A DNA stretch of 49,562 bases from Candidatus Sericytochromatia bacterium (GTDB lineage Bacteria; Cyanobacteriota; Sericytochromatia; S15B-MN24; UBA4093): the NCBI GenBank assembly GCA_036676495.1, contig JAKFCT010000007.1, forward strand, positions 1-49,562, written 5' to 3'. A program made the translations under genes and the position numbers. Below are positions 44,628 through 49,562 of the stretch, one piece after another; positions within the stretch are counted from its first letter, which is position 1, and every line of letters begins with the position of its first letter. Under the pieces are notes generated by a model. It searched no databases, was not told the DNA's origin, and saw only the letters and a program-made list of their open reading frames with translations.

Positions 44628-46964
44628 ATGAGCCGCCAGCCATTCGGGGACGACATCCGGCGGACCCTGCTGATCTTCTTCACGGTCTTCGCGGTGCTGC
44701 CGGTGCTGGTGGCGATCGCCTTCATGACCCGCACCGCCGACCAGGCCATCTCGCGGACCGCCGAGCAGCTGACGCAGGTGGGCTCGCAGACCCTGCGCGA
44801 GTCCGCGGGCAAGGTCGCCTCCACTGGCCAGGAGCGCCTGGACCGCTCCGGCGAGGCCCTGCAGCGGATCGCCCGGAAGTCGCTGGAGGACACCTCCGGC
44901 ACGCTCATCTCCACCAGCCGCGACAAGCTCTCGGGCGCCAGCAGTCAGCTCATCGCCCAGGGCTCCGAGACCAACCGCCAGCTCAGCGAGCGCCTCATCG
45001 CCCTCAGCCAGGCCGAGTCCACCCAGCTGAGCGCCCAGCTGATCGCCGATAGCCAGGCGGCCAACGCCGAGCTGGGCAAGACCAACGAGAAACTCGCCGA
45101 GCGCGCCCTGGTCGAGACCACGGACCAGCTCGTCGCGCGCACGCAGGTGCTGACCAACGCCATCAGCGACCACCTGATCGGCCTGAACCAGAAGTCGGCC
45201 CGTGAGCTCTCGGATGCCATCCTGGCGGACGTCGAGAAGGAGCCGGTGGTCAACTTCAAGACGCTGGCGACCATCTTCGCGCAGGGCATCGCCGGCGGCA
45301 AGGTGCTGCCGATCCAGGAAGGCTACCTGGCGGTGGTGGACGGCCGCGGCCGGGTCCTCGCCAGCACCAAGCACCGCAAGGGCGCCTCGTTGCGCCACCT
45401 CGACGTCGTCTCCAAGGCCCTGGACGCCGGCTCTCCCAATGACGAGCTGATCGTCTTCCAGGATGGCAAAGAGACCTACCTGGGCGTCTTCGCCCGGCGC
45501 GAGGAGGGCGGAGCCGTGGTCTTCGCCTACCTGGCCGACAAGGCACGGATGGACACGGAGCGGATGAAGGCCGACGTCCAGGGGGCGATCGCCGCCATGG
45601 GCCAGACCTCCTCGGGCTACGTGCGCGAGGCGCTGGCCTCGAACGTCCCGGCCATCCGCCGGGAGGCCACGGCGCTCTCCGAGAAGGCGATCGCCGAGAT
45701 CACGGCGGAAAGCCGCGCGTCCACCGAGCGCACCGCCAAGCAGATGGGCGAGCGTGCAGAAGCCACCGTGGCCCGGGCACGCGAGCGCATGGCCGCCCAG
45801 AGCGAGTCCATCGCGGTTTCCAGCCTGTCGCGGATGGAGGAGCGGTCGCGGGAGATCTCCTCGCGGGCGATCGCCGAGATGGAGCCCATCGCCCAGCAGT
45901 CCGTGGCGAGCGCGATCGTGGCGATGCAGCAGCAGGCCGAGCGCTCGGTCGACGAGACGGCCGCCGAGCTCAAGAGTGAGGTCGAGGCCTCGGGTGCCAG
46001 GGCCGTCGAGCGCATGCCGCCCGCAGCCGAGCGGATCGCCCATGAGGCGCGCATGCAGTCCCTGATGATCGCGGTGATTTTGCTGGTGCTCGAGGTCGGC
46101 CTCGCCTTGCTCTTGAGCATGGTGCTGTCTGGCCGGATCGCCGCTCCCATCCTGACCGAGCGCCAGAAGTCACGCGAGGAGCAGGAGCGCCTGAAGCGCG
46201 AGCTGGAAATTGCCAGCCAGATTCAGCTCTCGATGCTGCCCCAGGCTCCGCCGGTCATCCCTGGCGTCGACATCGCCTTCTACTTCCAGCCGGTCGACGA
46301 GGTCGGCGGGGACTATTACGATCTCATCCGGGTGGGCAACCAGCTGGCGATCGCTGTCGGCGACGTCAACGGCCATGGCCTGGGCGCCGCCCTGCTGATG
46401 GCCATGGCCAAGAGCGCCTTCCACACGCAGGCGGGCCGGGACCCCGACGTCTCGGCCGTCATGACCGGCCTCAACGAGATGGTCTTCGGAGCCACCCAGG
46501 AAAGGCGCTTCATGACCTTCTTCTACGCCCTGATCGACCTCGACACCCGCCGGATGGTCTACTCCAACGCCGGCCACCACTACCCCTACCAGCTGGAGTC
46601 CACGTTGGGCCGGCTCACCTCCCTGCAACCCTCGGCCTACCCGCTGGGCGTGCGCCAGAACACCAAGTTCCCGGTGCGTACGGCCACCATCTCCGAGGGG
46701 GACCTGCTGGTATTCTACTCGGACGGCATCATCGAGGCGCGCAACCCCGAGGGCGAGGAGTTCGGCTTCGAGCGCTTCGAGCAGGCCATCTGGCTGCACC
46801 AGAAGCACTCTGCCGACACGATCAAGACCTCGATCCTGGCGGAACTGTCGGCCTTCCAGCAGGGGATCCGGCAGGACGACGACATCACCCTGGTGGTGGT
46901 GCAGTTCAACCCCGAGATCCAGAAGGCGGTCCCGGCCGTGCCGGCTGCCCAGGTGACGGCGTAG
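44628..46964 (+). CDS. Membrane-bound SpoIIE/RsbU-like PP2C phosphatase with a very long periplasmic helical region and a Cache-like domain
   Basis: TM1 (aa 14-33) and TM2 (~aa 479-500); ELEIA..IQ..LP, VGGDYYD, GDVNGHG..AAL, NAGH, YSDGIIE, DDIT; central YLAVVDGRGRVLA PAS/Cache-like fold. Confidence 0.9.
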   Translation: MSRQPFGDDIRRTLLIFFTVFAVLPVLVAIAFMTRTADQAISRTAEQLTQVGSQTLRESAGKVASTGQERLDRSGEALQRIARKSLEDTSGTLISTSRDKLSGASSQLIAQGSETNRQLSERLIALSQAESTQLSAQLIADSQAANAELGKTNEKLAERALVETTDQLVARTQVLTNAISDHLIGLNQKSARELSDAILADVEKEPVVNFKTLATIFAQGIAGGKVLPIQEGYLAVVDGRGRVLASTKHRKGASLRHLDVVSKALDAGSPNDELIVFQDGKETYLGVFARREEGGAVVFAYLADKARMDTERMKADVQGAIAAMGQTSSGYVREALASNVPAIRREATALSEKAIAEITAESRASTERTAKQMGERAEATVARARERMAAQSESIAVSSLSRMEERSREISSRAIAEMEPIAQQSVASAIVAMQQQAERSVDETAAELKSEVEASGARAVERMPPAAERIAHEARMQSLMIAVILLVLEVGLALLLSMVLSGRIAAPILTERQKSREEQERLKRELEIASQIQLSMLPQAPPVIPGVDIAFYFQPVDEVGGDYYDLIRVGNQLAIAVGDVNGHGLGAALLMAMAKSAFHTQAGRDPDVSAVMTGLNEMVFGATQERRFMTFFYALIDLDTRRMVYSNAGHHYPYQLESTLGRLTSLQPSAYPLGVRQNTKFPVRTATISEGDLLVFYSDGIIEARNPEGEEFGFERFEQAIWLHQKHSADTIKTSILAELSAFQQGIRQDDDITLVVVQFNPEIQKAVPAVPAAQVTA

Positions 46965-48600
46965 CAGGAGCGCCGGCCCGTGCGGGCGTCGAGATGGGCA
47001 GGAAGACCGTGAAGGTGCTTCCGCGACCCGGGTGGCTGACCAGGGCCACCCGGCCGCCGTGGAGTTCGGTCAGCTTCTTGACCATGCTGAGCCCGAGGCC
47101 AAGTCCCCCTTTTCGCTGGGAATCTCCGATCTCCAGCTGGGTGAAGGCCTGCCAGATTCGTCCGAACTCTGACTCGGGGATCCCGGGTCCCGTGTCCCAG
47201 ACGTCGATGCGGACCTCCTCACCGGACGGCCCGATCCGGATGCCGACCTGGCCTCCGGCGGGAGTGAACTTCTCGGCATTCTCCACGAGCTTGAGGAGCA
47301 CCTGGGAGATCCGGCGGAAATCGCCGGTGATGGCGGGAGTCGCGGGATCGAGGTCGAGCGTCAGCGCCAGCCCATGCGCGCGCATCCCGGCCGCCACGAA
47401 CTGGACGACGTGCCGTGCGACCTCCTCAAGGCTGATCTCGCTCGGGTAGAGCGGAAGCGTCCTGCTGAGGACGGCGCTGTACTCGAGCAAGTTGGTGATG
47501 TGCTCGTTCAGCCTCTGGGTTCCTTCCAGCATCCCCTTCAGCAACTCATCGTCGGGATACTATTCCTCCAAAAGCTCCGCGTACCCGCAGATGAGCGAGA
47601 GTGGGGTCTTGATCTCATGGGAGAGTGTGGAGAGGAAGTGGTCCTTGAGCTGGTTGAGTTCCTTGGCTTTTTGGAGTTCGGCCGTGCGGCGGGCCATCTC
47701 GGTCTGCACGCGGCGGAACTCGGTGAGGTCCCTCACGATGGCCGTCAGGCTCAGGATACGCCCCTGGTCGTCGCGGACGGCGAAGAGGCTAATCCAGACG
47801 TCGAGACGTCGGCCGTCCTTGGCGACTCTCACGCTTTCGAAGGGCTCGAGCGCCTCTCCGCTCAGAATCCGCTTGAGATTCTGACGCGTTTCCTCCAGGC
47901 GGTCGGGCGGCACCACGAAGCCGAAAGGATTGCCGATGGCTTCTTCCGCGGAGTAGCCGAAGAGCCGCTCGGCGCCGGGGTTCCAATACTGGATGGTCAG
48001 ATTATGGGGGTTTATGCTGACGATGGCGTCGAGGGAGGCCGTGACGATGGCCGCCAGTCGCCTCCGGCTCGCGTCCTCGCGAAACTGCTCGGTGATGTCG
48101 TTGAGGATGGCGATGATGCCGCGGGGCGTCCCGTTCGGGGACCAGAAGGGAAAGCGTACCGCGGAGAAGACGTGCTCCTTGCCGTCGGCCGCCACCAAGT
48201 GCTCCTCGAACTTCTGCGGGCCATTCGATTGGAGGACGACGCGATCGTGGGCTAGAACGCACTCGGCGGCTTCCGCGCCGAGGATCTCGCGATCGGTTTT
48301 GCCGATGAGGTCGCTCGGGTGCGAACCCAGCAGCGCGGCTCCAGCCGGGCTGATGGCCTGAATGCGGCCGTCGAGATCCTTGATGATGATGGTGTCCACG
48401 GTGCTTGTCAGGGCGCTATGCAGCAGGGCCTCGGAGGCTTCCAGGGGATGGAAGTCGGTTTCCAGCAAGGCGCGGGCGAGCGGGCGGCGGGATAGGGCTG
48501 CGACCCAGATGAGGCCGAGGCCCGCGGCAAGGAGCATGCCGCTCAGCAAGCTGCCGATCAGCTCGGGGCGGTGCGATCGGGTTTCCAAGTGCTCGCCCAT
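46906..48600 (-). pseudogene. PAS-PAS sensor histidine kinase interrupted by a single in-frame TAG
   Basis: One frame across both ORFs: ..LSHEIKTPL..AELLEE*YPDDELLKGML..; TAG at 47562-47560; downstream HATPase has N box (LVENAEKFT), DTGPGI and GLGLGL. Confidence 0.8.
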
Positions 48601-48715
48601 GGCGTTACCTCGGTCGTAGCCCGCGGGTTCCGATGGCCGTAGTATATCTCACCTCGAAGGGGGGCGGCGTTTTTCTGCCATAGGCCGAAACCGTTCACCG
48701 TACCGCAGATGCCGA

Positions 48716-48754
48716 CGAGCCCCACTCCAGGCTGGAATGCCGGGGTGGGGCTCG
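48716..48754 (-). terminator. Hairpin after the KamA-family gene
   Basis: CGAGCCCCACTCC ... GGGGTGGGGCTCG imperfect inverted repeat. Confidence 0.5.
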
Positions 48755-48774
48755 CTTGATGCGGGGAGGGGGCG

Positions 48775-49562
<788 letters not shown>

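Overview
A high-GC window from a diderm (outer-membrane-bearing) bacterium. It has about 37 supportable CDS and I found no rRNA, tRNA, CRISPR array, integrase or transposase. From left to right: (1) a yybP-ykoY-type Mn2+ riboswitch with its own sigma70 promoter and terminator in front of a Tim44-domain gene; (2) rhodanese, esterase and a DEDDh exonuclease; (3) a stress/sugar-phosphate cluster (HAD-GH65 fusion, USP, two ferritin-like genes); (4) a ~16 kb copper cluster (His/Met-rich OM protein, SHOCT, CopB-type and CopA-type P1B ATPases, FixH-like protein, CopZ, HMBD protein, CusCBA, MerR regulator, SCO, PCuAC), with three MerR promoters that all have a 20-bp spacer; (5) a lipoprotein cluster around a PAP2/vanadium-haloperoxidase-like enzyme; (6) housekeeping genes acnB, nagA, arfB and recD2; (7) a pentaheme cytochrome c divergent from a TonB-dependent receptor, an orphan substrate-binding lipoprotein and a SpoIIE/PP2C phosphatase; (8) a PAS histidine kinase broken by one in-frame TAG; (9) a truncated KamA-family radical SAM gene. 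The strongest candidate for a new system is the PP2C phosphatase. Its periplasmic part is a Cache-like sensor held between two matched runs of ~10-11 fifteen-residue repeats, which suggests an antiparallel coiled-coil stalk of ~24 nm that could reach the outer membrane and the neighbouring TBDR/lipoprotein. All calls come from reading motifs by eye; no searches were run.
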